Assembly: GCA_958296045.1 (NCBI GenBank)
Contig: CATQHT010000003.1
Coordinates: 71,246-135,245, forward strand
Length of the DNA stretch: 64,000 nucleotides
Reading direction: 5' to 3'
Source of the DNA: Rhodothermales bacterium
GTDB lineage: Bacteria; Bacteroidota; Rhodothermia; Rhodothermales; Bin80
In this document: positions 9,394 through 18,649 of the stretch, one piece after another
Layout of the letters: each line of letters starts with the position of its first letter
Numbering within the stretch: position 1 is the first letter of the stretch
Translations under genes and position numbers: made by a program
Notes under the pieces: generated by a model
The model's database searches: none
Told to the model about the DNA's origin: nothing
Seen by the model: the letters and a program-made list of their open reading frames with translations, nothing else

Positions 9394-11691
9394 GTGCGGA
9401 TGACTCTATTGCGCGTACGACCTGCCTGGATGTTTGTAGGTCTGGCTCTGACACTTTCTGCCCAAGCGCAGGATGCATCCGTCAGGGGACTGATCACCGA
9501 TGTGGCCGATGGCCAGCCCCTCCAAGGGGTCAACGTGGCGCTCCTCGACCGCGATGGTACGCTGCGAGGCAACGTCACCAATGACGACGGCTTGTTTATC
9601 GTGGTGCGTCTGCTTCCAGGTGAATATGTCCTCAGGGCCTCCTATATCGGATACCAAACCTTTGTTGATACGCTGCAGCTTGGTCCAGGCGCTTCGCACC
9701 GCATGCGCATCGTCATGGCAACCAGCACGGCGATAGGTGACGAGCTTCTCGTGGTAGCAGAGCGGGAAGGGGGTGCTACCGTAACGGCAGGTATCCAGAC
9801 AGTGCGACCCCGGGACATTGATTTGGTACCGACGACGGATGTGTCTGGCGACCTCGTTTCCTACCTAGCAACGATGCCCGGCGTGATTTCTATCGGAGAC
9901 CGCGGAGGCCAGGTCTTTATACGGGGCGGGGAGCCGTCGCACAACCTGTCGCTGCTGGACGGCATGTACCTGTACCAGCCATTTCACATCCTGGGATTCT
10001 ATTCCGCATTCAGCTCCGACATCCTGCGCAACGCAGACATCCATGCCGGTGCCTTCAGCAGCAAGTATTCCGGCCGCATGTCGTCGGTCATTGATGTGCA
10101 TACCCGCAATGGCAACAGCCAGAAGATGCGGCGCACCATTTCCCTGGCGCCATTCGTGAGTATGGGGCTTCTCGAAGGACCGATCCTGAAAGGTACCATG
10201 TCTTTCCTGTTTTCTGCGCGCGCATCTACCGTGGAGCAGATGGCTTCGCACTATGTGAGCCAGCCCTTACCGTACAACTTCGGCGACTTTTTCGGCAAGA
10301 TCCATACGGTTATCAACGAGAGCAACCAGTTCTCTTTCAGCGCGATCCACACCTATGACCGAGGCACGCTGGGCCAGCAAAGCGATAATCCAGACGAAAT
10401 TCGGTGGAATAACACGGCTTACGGCCTGCGGTACCTCATCGCTCCCCCGTCGCTGCCCATACTGGGCGAGATCTTGTTCTCCGTGTCTGATCTGACCATG
10501 GAGCAAGGCCCGCGTGGAGCATCCCCTCCACCGGACACCGATGAGGGGGATAACCCGGTACCGTCAGGTTTCTTGCGCAGCACCGCCATAAGCGGTTTCA
10601 ACTTCGCTGTTAATGTCACCAACTTTGCCGCGCGCACACAGGTGGACTGGGGCTTTTTTCTCAGGGCCCCGCGACTGGATGCTGAGCTCGGCGGGCTCTA
10701 CCAGAACCTGGATTTCAGCAGGGACCGCATCCTATCCACAGGCGCTTACATGGAGCCAGAAGTCGCGATCACCGAGGCACTCAAGGTTCGGGCAGGCCTA
10801 GTGGTGCAGTTTCTGGGTGACCAGGGCGTACATGCCGAACCCCGCCTGCGTGTGATGTTTGAGCAGGGCAAGCACCAGTTCAGTCTGGCGGGCGGCATAT
10901 ACCGGCAGGAAGCGGTCGGGCTCAATGACCGGAGGGATGCGACTAACATTTTTACGGCATGGGCCGGATCACCTACCGGCAACCTCCCCAACTCGATCCA
11001 TGCATTGGCGGGCTACCAAACGTCGCTTGCGCCATGGCTGCAGCTGAGCGCCGAGGCGTTCTACAAGAACCTGTCCAACCTCTTTGTGTCCGAATGGACC
11101 GCGTACCCGCGCTTTACGACCAATCTGCAGGAAGCCTCAGGACGCGCCATCGGGCTGGATGTCCGCCTGGAAATCCAGCACAGCCAACTCTATGGCTTTA
11201 TCAACTACGGTCTGGCCTCGGTAGAGTACAACGCCATGCAGGAAACCCTGCCGATATGGTTTGGCTCCAACGAGGTACGCTACCGGCCGCCCCATGACCG
11301 GCGCCACCAAGTCAACGCGCTGGTCAGCTTCGCGTTAGGGAAGTTCGATGTCGGCGTCCGATGGAACATCGGCTCCGGCCTACCCTACAGCCAGATACGC
11401 GGCTTTGACGGCTTTGTCCTGATGGACGGTCCGACGGATGTGCGTCGCGAACCAGGCGAGGCGCGTGTCATCTACGACCAGCCGTATCGCGGTATCCTAC
11501 CAGCCTACCACAGGCTGGATCTCACCGTAGAGCGCGTATTTCAGCACGGCGACGACTCCTTTATCACGCTCCAGGTTGGCGTGATCAACGCATACAACCA
11601 GGCGAATGTGTTTGCGCTGGACATTTTCACGCTGCGGCGCAATGATCAGCTGCCGCTTATCCCGACAGCTGGCGTAAAGCTTGAATTCTGA
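9394..11691 (+). CDS. TonB-dependent receptor with N-terminal carboxypeptidase-regulatory-like domain
   Basis: 765 aa. It has a signal peptide ending SAQAQD, a CarboxypepD_reg-like beta-sandwich (VRGLITDVADGQPLQGVNVALLD…PGEYVLRASYIGYQT), a plug region and a C-terminal beta-barrel ending …TAGVKLEF. Confidence 0.85.
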   Translation: MRMTLLRVRPAWMFVGLALTLSAQAQDASVRGLITDVADGQPLQGVNVALLDRDGTLRGNVTNDDGLFIVVRLLPGEYVLRASYIGYQTFVDTLQLGPGASHRMRIVMATSTAIGDELLVVAEREGGATVTAGIQTVRPRDIDLVPTTDVSGDLVSYLATMPGVISIGDRGGQVFIRGGEPSHNLSLLDGMYLYQPFHILGFYSAFSSDILRNADIHAGAFSSKYSGRMSSVIDVHTRNGNSQKMRRTISLAPFVSMGLLEGPILKGTMSFLFSARASTVEQMASHYVSQPLPYNFGDFFGKIHTVINESNQFSFSAIHTYDRGTLGQQSDNPDEIRWNNTAYGLRYLIAPPSLPILGEILFSVSDLTMEQGPRGASPPPDTDEGDNPVPSGFLRSTAISGFNFAVNVTNFAARTQVDWGFFLRAPRLDAELGGLYQNLDFSRDRILSTGAYMEPEVAITEALKVRAGLVVQFLGDQGVHAEPRLRVMFEQGKHQFSLAGGIYRQEAVGLNDRRDATNIFTAWAGSPTGNLPNSIHALAGYQTSLAPWLQLSAEAFYKNLSNLFVSEWTAYPRFTTNLQEASGRAIGLDVRLEIQHSQLYGFINYGLASVEYNAMQETLPIWFGSNEVRYRPPHDRRHQVNALVSFALGKFDVGVRWNIGSGLPYSQIRGFDGFVLMDGPTDVRREPGEARVIYDQPYRGILPAYHRLDLTVERVFQHGDDSFITLQVGVINAYNQANVFALDIFTLRRNDQLPLIPTAGVKLEF

Positions 11692-12671
11692 TGCATCGTT
11701 CCCTGATTCTCTTATGGCCTGCAATCCTGGCGCTATTGGCTGCCCAGTGTGATCAGTCCATCAACCCCATCATTGGTGAGGCGCGACCGTTCACCCTTTG
11801 GGGGTACCTGGATGCCAACGCAGACACGCAGCGTGTACGCGTCTTCACCATTGAGAGCCGGCTGGGGACGGACCGCAGCGGCCCGATCGATGCGACGGTG
11901 ACCTCTACGAACATAGAATCCGGCGTATCCATCCAGTGGACAGGCACGGAGGTCGTGTTCAGCGACAGCAGCGTCGGCCACGTTTTCTATGCGGCGTTTC
12001 AGGCAAAGCACGAACAGTCTTATCTGCTGGAAGTGCGCCGATCTGATGGTGCCACGTCCAGTGCCCACGTTACGATTCCGCCCGATGTCCGCGTTGAATT
12101 GGTGGATGCTCCGAACCGCATCATTGTGCCGGTGCTAATTCACGGAAAGCCGCCCAACCTGGTAGACGTACATGTGCAGTATGATGCCGCAACGCTACCG
12201 CCAGCCAACCCGTGGCCTCCCGGGTCTCCAGCACCGGCCGGGGTTGCGCTGCCCGTTGAGGTCTCCTACCGTGGCCAGGAGGAGCCTACGCAAGATGGAT
12301 GGGCTTTTGAGGTTGATCTGCGGAAGGATTTCGAAACGGTGCAGGACATCTATACACTCAACTGCCTCTCTCCAGACCATATCGGGCTGCGGCGCATCCG
12401 GTTCCGGTTTCTGGCTGCCGATGCGCAGTGGGCGCCGCCACTTGACTCATTTGATCCCAACCTCCTGATAGAGCCTGGAGCGTTCTCGAACGTAGAGAAC
12501 GGGTTCGGATTTTTCGGGGGCGGCTATACGGTGTCCGAGAGCTGGGTCCCGAGCCAGGTGGTGCTGCGCGCGGTAGGCTACCGGACCGAAGGCCCCTGCC
12601 CGCTGACTCCCCAGGACATTCCTGAATGTCAGCTACCTCCTGAGCCCTGCTTCCAAAAAGACGGAGGCTGA
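11691..12671 (+). CDS. DUF4249-like lipoprotein partner of the TonB-dependent receptor
   Basis: 326 aa. The start overlaps the TBDR stop (ATGA-type junction) and there is an N-terminal signal. Size and position after a CarboxypepD_reg TBDR match DUF4249 proteins (assignment from context and memory). It is a paralog of 37630..38541. Confidence 0.55.
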   Translation: MHRSLILLWPAILALLAAQCDQSINPIIGEARPFTLWGYLDANADTQRVRVFTIESRLGTDRSGPIDATVTSTNIESGVSIQWTGTEVVFSDSSVGHVFYAAFQAKHEQSYLLEVRRSDGATSSAHVTIPPDVRVELVDAPNRIIVPVLIHGKPPNLVDVHVQYDAATLPPANPWPPGSPAPAGVALPVEVSYRGQEEPTQDGWAFEVDLRKDFETVQDIYTLNCLSPDHIGLRRIRFRFLAADAQWAPPLDSFDPNLLIEPGAFSNVENGFGFFGGGYTVSESWVPSQVVLRAVGYRTEGPCPLTPQDIPECQLPPEPCFQKDGG

Positions 12672-12793
12672 GTGCAACAGCTGGACACCCGCCGCGTCTG
12701 AACGTGAACTTTACGGTAAGATCGTAACTTAGTCGGACGCGTATCGTAGATTGGCGCAGTTGGTAACAAACGCCTCGCTCAACGAGGAAATAC

Positions 12794-13003
12794 ATGGACG
12801 AAAGAGTTCAAGGCAAGGTAAAGTGGTTCAACCCGGACAAGGGGTTTGGCTTCATCGCACGTGAAGGAGGCAGTGATGTATTCGTACATCACTCTGAAAT
12901 CCAGATGGATGGCTTTCGCACACTCGCCGAAAATCAGCGGGTCGAGTTCGCTGTGACACGCGGCAGAAAGGGCGATCAGGCCGTCGACGTCGTGCCCGTA
13001 TAG
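12794..13003 (+). CDS. cspA: cold-shock protein, CspA family
   Basis: 69 aa with the RNP1/RNP2 motifs KGFGFI and VFVHHS; [30 protein letters not shown]. Confidence 0.95.
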   Translation: MDERVQGKVKWFNPDKGFGFIAREGGSDVFVHHSEIQMDGFRTLAENQRVEFAVTRGRKGDQAVDVVPV

Positions 13004-13030
13004 ACGGGTTATCCGGCTGCTACTATACTT

Positions 13031-13062
13031 GACCCCCGGGGCGGTTCGCTGCTCCGGGGGTC
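13031..13062. terminator. GC-rich hairpin between convergent cspA and the dehydrogenase gene
   Basis: gacccccgg (13031-13039) pairs perfectly with ccgggggtc (13054-13062) across a 14-nt loop. It is followed by gtgtttgtg and sits 28 nt after the csp stop. Confidence 0.5.
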
Positions 13063-13108
13063 GTGTTTGTGCCGCCCGGTACGACAATACGGTGTGGGGT
13101 GGTGCCGA

Positions 13109-14068
13109 TCAGAAGGTGAGCACCACCTTTATAGCGCGTTCCTGTTTCGTCTGCGCCAGCGCAAAGCCGCGCGCAGCTTCCCCAAATGGCAATTGGTGCG
13201 TGATGAGGGGTGCTGGATCCAGACGCCCATCGGCAATCATGGCCATGGCCAGCCTAAAGGATCGCAGGCCCGGTTCGCGCTGTGCAAACACGCTGGTCAC
13301 CAGGCGCGCATTTTTGCGCATAAACCGCTCCAGTCGGAGCGGAAGGACAGGGGTCTTTGGTACCCCGAAGATCACTACGTCGCCGCCGTCACGGACCAGC
13401 GACGCGCACAGGTTGATCGTCGCGGCTTTGCCGACGGCTTCGACCACGATGTCTGCCATCTTACCATTGGTGGCGGCAGCCACGGCAGACACCGGATCCT
13501 CGTGAGCGTTGTGCACAGAGTGCGTAGCACCAAACGCCTCAGCACAGGCTGCGCGATGCTGCACCACATCGCACACAGTGACGGTAGCTGCACCCATCGC
13601 GGTGAGCACCATCGTGAACAGGAGCCCTGCAGGCCCCTGCCCCACAACCGCCACATGCCGATCCACCACGTTGGGGAGCTTGCGGCAACAGAACAGCACC
13701 GTACCTAGCTGTTGCGCCAACAGGGCACGCTCCGTATCCAACCTTTGCGGCACCGAAATCACCGTTGCGGGCTTAGCGACCAGTAGCTCCGCGAACGCAT
13801 CATAATCCGGTGCCAACGCCAGGACGCGCGTGCCGCGGGCCGGACCTCCACCGGATAGCGGCTTTTCTACGATCCCCACACATTCATGACCGGAAAACCC
13901 GGGCTTACAAGGGTAGACCGCCGGGGAACCGTCATGCAGGAAGTGCAGGTCGCTGCCACAGATGCCGACCATCTCGGTCCGTAGCAGGAGCTCATCACTC
14001 TGAGTCTTAGGATCCGGGACGGTCACCAGCGCCAACTCGCCCGGTGCGCGGTACTGGACAGCCCGCAT
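13109..14068 (-). CDS. zinc-dependent MDR-family alcohol/polyol dehydrogenase
   Basis: 319 aa with GICGSDLH, GHECVG and the Rossmann motif VVGQGPAGL. This is the typical sorbitol/threonine dehydrogenase-like architecture. Confidence 0.85.
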   Translation of the reverse strand: MRAVQYRAPGELALVTVPDPKTQSDELLLRTEMVGICGSDLHFLHDGSPAVYPCKPGFSGHECVGIVEKPLSGGGPARGTRVLALAPDYDAFAELLVAKPATVISVPQRLDTERALLAQQLGTVLFCCRKLPNVVDRHVAVVGQGPAGLLFTMVLTAMGAATVTVCDVVQHRAACAEAFGATHSVHNAHEDPVSAVAAATNGKMADIVVEAVGKAATINLCASLVRDGGDVVIFGVPKTPVLPLRLERFMRKNARLVTSVFAQREPGLRSFRLAMAMIADGRLDPAPLITHQLPFGEAARGFALAQTKQERAIKVVLTF

Positions 14069-14082
14069 GCAGCCGGCAGTGC

Positions 14083-15024
14083 TTAGCTGAAGGAGTTGCG
14101 CAAGAGCTCGAGGCTCTTCGGGATGGCCGTCTCGTGCGACTCCTTGCCTTCGAACTCCAGCGAGACGTACCCGGCATAATTGACCTCCTTCATGATCGTT
14201 GCGATGCGATCATAGTCGAGGTCAAGCGTATACCACGTGCCGCCCCCGAAGTACGTCTTGGCCTGCATCAGCACCGTATGCGGAGCTAGTAGCGCGAGTT
14301 TGTCGTACGGATCTTCCAGAAAGTTACCCGTATCGAGGGTCACCTTCAGCCATGGGGAGTCCAGCGCCTCCACGATGCGCAGCACGCCTTCGGGTGTGCG
14401 CCCCAGCCCCCAATGGTTCTCAAGCCCAAGCAACACACCGCATTCCTCCGCTTTGGGAAGAAACTGCTCGATGGCCCCTATCACCCAACCAAACGCATCC
14501 TCATCCGTGTAGCCTTCCAGCGCGGGCTCTATCCCCCTGTTGGCCATCAATGCACTGAACGACTCGGATGTGCCCCACCTTCCGGTATTCAGGCGCATCG
14601 TGGGAATGCCCAGCGTGTAACAGAGCTCAATCTGGCGGATAGTCTTTGCCACTTCGCGGGCCCTTTCATCTGCATCTGGAGACATAAAGCCCTGGTGCGT
14701 GGAGAAGCCCATCAGGTCCAGACCGTTGACAAAGGCGCGCCGCTTCAGGTCCTGTAGGTAGCTAGGCTCCTCGGACGTCATCTGCACATGCAGCAGCTCC
14801 ACCCCGTCGAACCCCATGGCTGCCGCCTGGTCGATGCAGTCCTCAATGGGGAACGATTCCTTGGGCCCATTAAAACGCCAGAATGAGTAGGTGGAAACCC
14901 CAATCGGGTTGGGCCGGCTCTGCCCTCGTGGCGCAGGTGCGGCAGCCGCCAGGGTTGGGACGGCAGCGCAGGATGCCGCCACGGCCGAAGCGCTGCGCAG
15001 AAAGTGTCGTCGGGTACAGCGCAT
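14083..15024 (-). CDS. Tat-exported xylose-isomerase-like TIM-barrel sugar phosphate isomerase/epimerase
   Basis: The ATG at 15024 gives a twin-arginine signal MRCTRRHFLRSASAVAASCAAVP. The body has AP_endonuc_2/TIM-barrel motifs (…GFDGVELL…LGLENHWG…DTGNF…EFEG). The track ORF extends to 15156, which looks like a spurious extension. Confidence 0.8.
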   Translation of the reverse strand: MRCTRRHFLRSASAVAASCAAVPTLAAAAPAPRGQSRPNPIGVSTYSFWRFNGPKESFPIEDCIDQAAAMGFDGVELLHVQMTSEEPSYLQDLKRRAFVNGLDLMGFSTHQGFMSPDADERAREVAKTIRQIELCYTLGIPTMRLNTGRWGTSESFSALMANRGIEPALEGYTDEDAFGWVIGAIEQFLPKAEECGVLLGLENHWGLGRTPEGVLRIVEALDSPWLKVTLDTGNFLEDPYDKLALLAPHTVLMQAKTYFGGGTWYTLDLDYDRIATIMKEVNYAGYVSLEFEGKESHETAIPKSLELLRNSFS

Positions 15025-15154
15025 AAACGTGCCTCGTACAAGTGAAACAGCGAGCGGGTAAGAGCACCTTACGGCGCGCGTTGCTCCATAATATAGGTTA
15101 CTGTTCCGTACGATACCGCGGGCTCCTGACCAGCATATTGCAGATATTTGTGGC

Positions 15155-16354
15155 ATGGATACCCTGCAGGAAGCTGAGTGCTCAGCGCTACGCGCGCGCT
15201 ACGAAGACGAGCTTTACGAGCATGTGTTGCCCTTTTGGGAGCGTCATTCCCCCGACACGAAATACGGCGGTACGTTCAATAACCTGGATCGTGACGGCAC
15301 GGTATATGACACGACCAAGCACATCTGGTTGGTGGCCCGCCAGGTCTGGATGCTCAGCAAGCTTTACCGCACCGTTGAGACCCGGAGTGCCTGGATCGAG
15401 CTGGCGCACCTTGGTATGGAATTTCTTCAGGCACACGCGGCGCGCCCCAACGGGCAGGTATACTTCCATGTGGCCCGGGACGGCAAGCCGATCTATCAGC
15501 AGCGCAAGACCTTTTCTGAGTGCTTCTATGTAATGGCGCTGGCGGAGTACGGGCGCGCCTCGGACCAGCCCGCGATCGTACACGAAGCTAAGGCTCGCAT
15601 CGACTGGCTTTGGACGCATTCAAAGGATTGGGGCCTAGTGGGCCGCCCCACGCTGGAAGGCGCGCCACAAGCCCAGTCGCTGGCTGTGCCCATGATGCTG
15701 CTCAATGTGCTCGATGAGGTGATGGCTGATCGTCTGGAGGACTGCCGCGCAGAGGTAGAAGAGTGTGTACGCCGCATTGCGATGCATGTCCATTCGAAGA
15801 CGGAGCGGGTGTATGAGCATGTGGCCTCGCCTTCTGGAGCACTCCTTCTGGGCCCTATGGGAAGGCTCTTGAACCCCGGGCATGCGATTGAGGCCGGCTG
15901 GTTTTTGCATCATGTGGCCCAGAGGCTGCAGTTGGGCGGCATAGCACCGCTTGCTACGTCTATGATCCGGTGGTCCCATGCCATCGGATGGGATGCCACG
16001 CATGGCGGACTTTTTTATTTCCTTGACAGCGAGGGCTATTCGCCGGTGCAGCTTGAGTGGTCGATGAAGCTGTGGTGGCCGCACTGCGAAGCGCTTTACG
16101 GGCATCTGCTCAACTTCGCAATAACCGGTGATCCAGGCGATGCGCACCTGTTTAAAGCTGTGGACCGCTACACCTTCAGGCGCTTTCCTGACCCGAAGTA
16201 CGGAGAATGGTACGGCTACTGCGACCGGCAAGGGAATGCTACGCATCGTTTCAAGGGCGGACCGTACAAGGGTTGTTTCCATGTGCCGCGGACCCTCTGG
16301 TTGTGCATACGCCTCCTAGAGCGGTGGCCGCAGCGCCCCACTGATGTGGTGTAA
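15155..16354 (+). CDS. N-acylglucosamine 2-epimerase (AGE) family sugar epimerase/isomerase
   Basis: 399 aa with VLPFWERHSPDTKYGGTFNNLDRDG…, the (alpha/alpha)6-barrel AGE-family pattern, and …KLWWPHCEALY…GEWYGY…KGCFHVPR. Confidence 0.85.
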   Translation: MDTLQEAECSALRARYEDELYEHVLPFWERHSPDTKYGGTFNNLDRDGTVYDTTKHIWLVARQVWMLSKLYRTVETRSAWIELAHLGMEFLQAHAARPNGQVYFHVARDGKPIYQQRKTFSECFYVMALAEYGRASDQPAIVHEAKARIDWLWTHSKDWGLVGRPTLEGAPQAQSLAVPMMLLNVLDEVMADRLEDCRAEVEECVRRIAMHVHSKTERVYEHVASPSGALLLGPMGRLLNPGHAIEAGWFLHHVAQRLQLGGIAPLATSMIRWSHAIGWDATHGGLFYFLDSEGYSPVQLEWSMKLWWPHCEALYGHLLNFAITGDPGDAHLFKAVDRYTFRRFPDPKYGEWYGYCDRQGNATHRFKGGPYKGCFHVPRTLWLCIRLLERWPQRPTDVV

Positions 16355-16413
16355 CAGCTTCAGGGTACCGCGCCAGTTGCTATCATAGGGCCAATCGAAC
16401 GCCCGTCAATCGG

Positions 16414-18054
16414 ATGAACGTCTCTTTCACGGTACTTGATTGGATCTGGGTCGGCCTGTTTTTGGCGCTGATGGTCGGCAGTGGCGTGCTCTTCTACCGG
16501 CTGGGCAAGCGATCTGGGTCCGACTTTTTCCTTGCTGGGCGTGGGCTGCCCTGGTGGCTGCCAGCATCCAGCGTATACGCAACGCACACGGCTACGGACA
16601 CGCCGATGTGGATTACGGGCGTGATCTATCAGCACGGTCTGGCAGGCATCTGGTATACATTCTTTTCCGCGTGGGCCGCGATCAGCTCTTTTGTGTCCAC
16701 GCGCATCTTTCGTCGGTCACTGGCCTACACGCAAGCGGAGTGGAATGTAATCCGGTTCACCGGGCTGGGTTCAGAGCTCTTGCGCGGCTGGATGGCGGGT
16801 TGGCAGTTCTTCATGAACATGTTTGTGCTAGGCTGGGTCGGAATTGCGATGGGCAAGGTGTGCGCCTTCCTGTTCGGGTGGCCGCCATGGATCGGACTGA
16901 TTGTGTTTTCGCTGGTCTGCGCGATATATGTGCTGGCCGCTGGCTACTGGGGCGTCGTGATGGCCGACTTTCAGCAGGGCATCATCGCTTTTCTGGTCAT
17001 CCTTATCGTGTCTTTCTGGGGCATCAGCGTGGCTGGCGGACCTAGTGGTATCATTGAGAAGCTGGCGGCACTCGGTGAGCTGGAGCGGATGAATCCATTT
17101 GCCTTCACCGGCTGGTGGTCTGGCAGCTTTCCTACGGCGTGGTTTGTCACCATGCTATTTATAGCGATTCTGGGTGGGTTTGGTATGGGGACTACCGTGG
17201 ACTGGTACGTGGAAGCACAGCGGATCCAGTCTGCCCGAACCGTACGGGATGCCAGTTACAGCATCTGGTGGGGCACCGTGCTTGGGCTGGTTCGAAACTC
17301 GGTCTGGGCCGTCTCTATCCTTGCCTTCTTTGTGCTCTTTCCGGGCATCACGGACACCGCCGAATACGAGATGGGATGGTTCCGGCTGGGGTTTGACTAT
17401 CTGCCAGCGGGCATGCTCGGCTTCTTTTTTGCCGCCATCCTGGCCATCCACCTCTCTACCATTTCTTCGCACCTCAACCTCGGAGCCCTTTACGCCACCC
17501 GCGACCTTTATCAGCACTACGTAAACCCCGAGGCCAGTGAGGAACGCCTAGTGCTGGTCGGACGCATCTCCACGCTGATCCTTCTGGTCGGGTCCTTCTT
17601 TTACGGGTTGATTATGGAGGATATCACCTCGTGGCTCATCTTTGCGCTGTGGATTATGGCCGCGGGCATCTGGCTCCCGAACATTTTGCAGGTGGTGTGG
17701 TGGCGCTTCAATGCGTGGGGTTACCTATCCGCGTGGATCGCCAACCTCGGATTCAGTTGGCTTGTGGTCTGGATCCTGCCCGCGCTCGGTGTTATTCCAG
17801 ACCTTCTGGACTATCAGCAGTTCTGGCTGCTCATGGTGCTTGGCGCCCTTATTTACCTACCGGTGACCTTCCTCACAAAGCCTGAAAGTATGGACCACCT
17901 TGTTGCGTACTATGTCCAGTCGCGTCCTCTGGGCTGGTGGGGCCCCGTACGGCGCGAAGCTATGCGCCGCGGCCTGCTGCGCCCAGCCGGGCCCGTTCCT
18001 ATCGCGGACGCGCATGAAGGGTTGTCGTCCGAGCGCCTTATTCCTGATTTATAG
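16414..18054 (+). CDS. sodium:solute symporter (SSS) family transporter
   Basis: 546 aa and highly hydrophobic with about 13-14 predicted TM stretches. The N-terminal pattern (…DFFLAGRGLPWW…) is typical of the SSS family. Confidence 0.85.
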   Translation: MNVSFTVLDWIWVGLFLALMVGSGVLFYRLGKRSGSDFFLAGRGLPWWLPASSVYATHTATDTPMWITGVIYQHGLAGIWYTFFSAWAAISSFVSTRIFRRSLAYTQAEWNVIRFTGLGSELLRGWMAGWQFFMNMFVLGWVGIAMGKVCAFLFGWPPWIGLIVFSLVCAIYVLAAGYWGVVMADFQQGIIAFLVILIVSFWGISVAGGPSGIIEKLAALGELERMNPFAFTGWWSGSFPTAWFVTMLFIAILGGFGMGTTVDWYVEAQRIQSARTVRDASYSIWWGTVLGLVRNSVWAVSILAFFVLFPGITDTAEYEMGWFRLGFDYLPAGMLGFFFAAILAIHLSTISSHLNLGALYATRDLYQHYVNPEASEERLVLVGRISTLILLVGSFFYGLIMEDITSWLIFALWIMAAGIWLPNILQVVWWRFNAWGYLSAWIANLGFSWLVVWILPALGVIPDLLDYQQFWLLMVLGALIYLPVTFLTKPESMDHLVAYYVQSRPLGWWGPVRREAMRRGLLRPAGPVPIADAHEGLSSERLIPDL

Positions 18055-18059
18055 AGCCG

Positions 18060-18359
18060 ATGGCATTGATACGACGTACATGGACGGCGCACGAAGCCGA
18101 CGAGTGGACCCGGGAAGACTGGATCACCATCGTGATCTCGCCCATCTGTTACGTCCTACTGACGATAGGCCTCGCGCTCAGCCTCCTATTGCAGGTGGCG
18201 GGCTACATCATGATTGCGCTCGGCATCATACTTACCGTGGTGATGCATTACGTCATTGATCCCAAGTTGAAGGCTATATCCAATGAGTACGAGCGCAAAC
18301 AGCAGCAGTATCTGGAGCAGCTGGAAGCGCAGGTTCGCTGGCAGCGCCCGCCAAAATAG
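18060..18359 (+). CDS. small membrane protein (2 TM), unknown function
   Basis: 99 aa, starting 6 nt after the symporter stop. It has two hydrophobic helices (ITIVISPICYVLLTIGLALSLLL / GYIMIALGIILTVVMHYVI) and a charged tail. Confidence 0.5.
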   Translation: MALIRRTWTAHEADEWTREDWITIVISPICYVLLTIGLALSLLLQVAGYIMIALGIILTVVMHYVIDPKLKAISNEYERKQQQYLEQLEAQVRWQRPPK

Positions 18360-18400
18360 CCCGGTAGCATAACTCACCAACACCCTCCAGTCCTTTGCCC

Positions 18401-18517
18401 ATGAGTCAGGCCCTCGCCACCGTTATTGGTATGACACTGGCCTACGCAGCATCGTTTCTCGGGCTCTGGCTGGCCTACCATTCCTGGAAGAAGCATCGGG
18501 AGCGCGACGCGTCATGA
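18401..18517 (+). CDS. 38-aa single-TM micro-ORF
   Basis: Hand-translated and not in the track (below 60 aa): MSQALATVIGMTLAYAASFLGLWLAYHSWKKHRERDAS. It has one TM helix plus a basic tail. Its stop overlaps the next ATG (TGATG). Confidence 0.35.
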   Translation: MSQALATVIGMTLAYAASFLGLWLAYHSWKKHRERDAS

Positions 18518-18645
18518 TGTTACTTGTGCTTTGCTTTCAGGCAGCCCCTACGCCTTGGTGGGGTATCATCGTGCCAGCAGCCATATTTATTATCGCCTTC
18601 CTTGTAACCTGGAAGTTGTATCGCCACTTTTCGCACCGGAGCTGA
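18517..18645 (+). CDS. 42-aa single-TM micro-ORF
   Basis: Hand-translated: MLLVLCFQAAPTPWWGIIVPAAIFIIAFLVTWKLYRHFSHRS. It is coupled to the previous micro-ORF and ends 4 nt before the amidohydrolase TTG start. Confidence 0.35.
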   Translation: MLLVLCFQAAPTPWWGIIVPAAIFIIAFLVTWKLYRHFSHRS

Positions 18646-18649
18646 CCGA

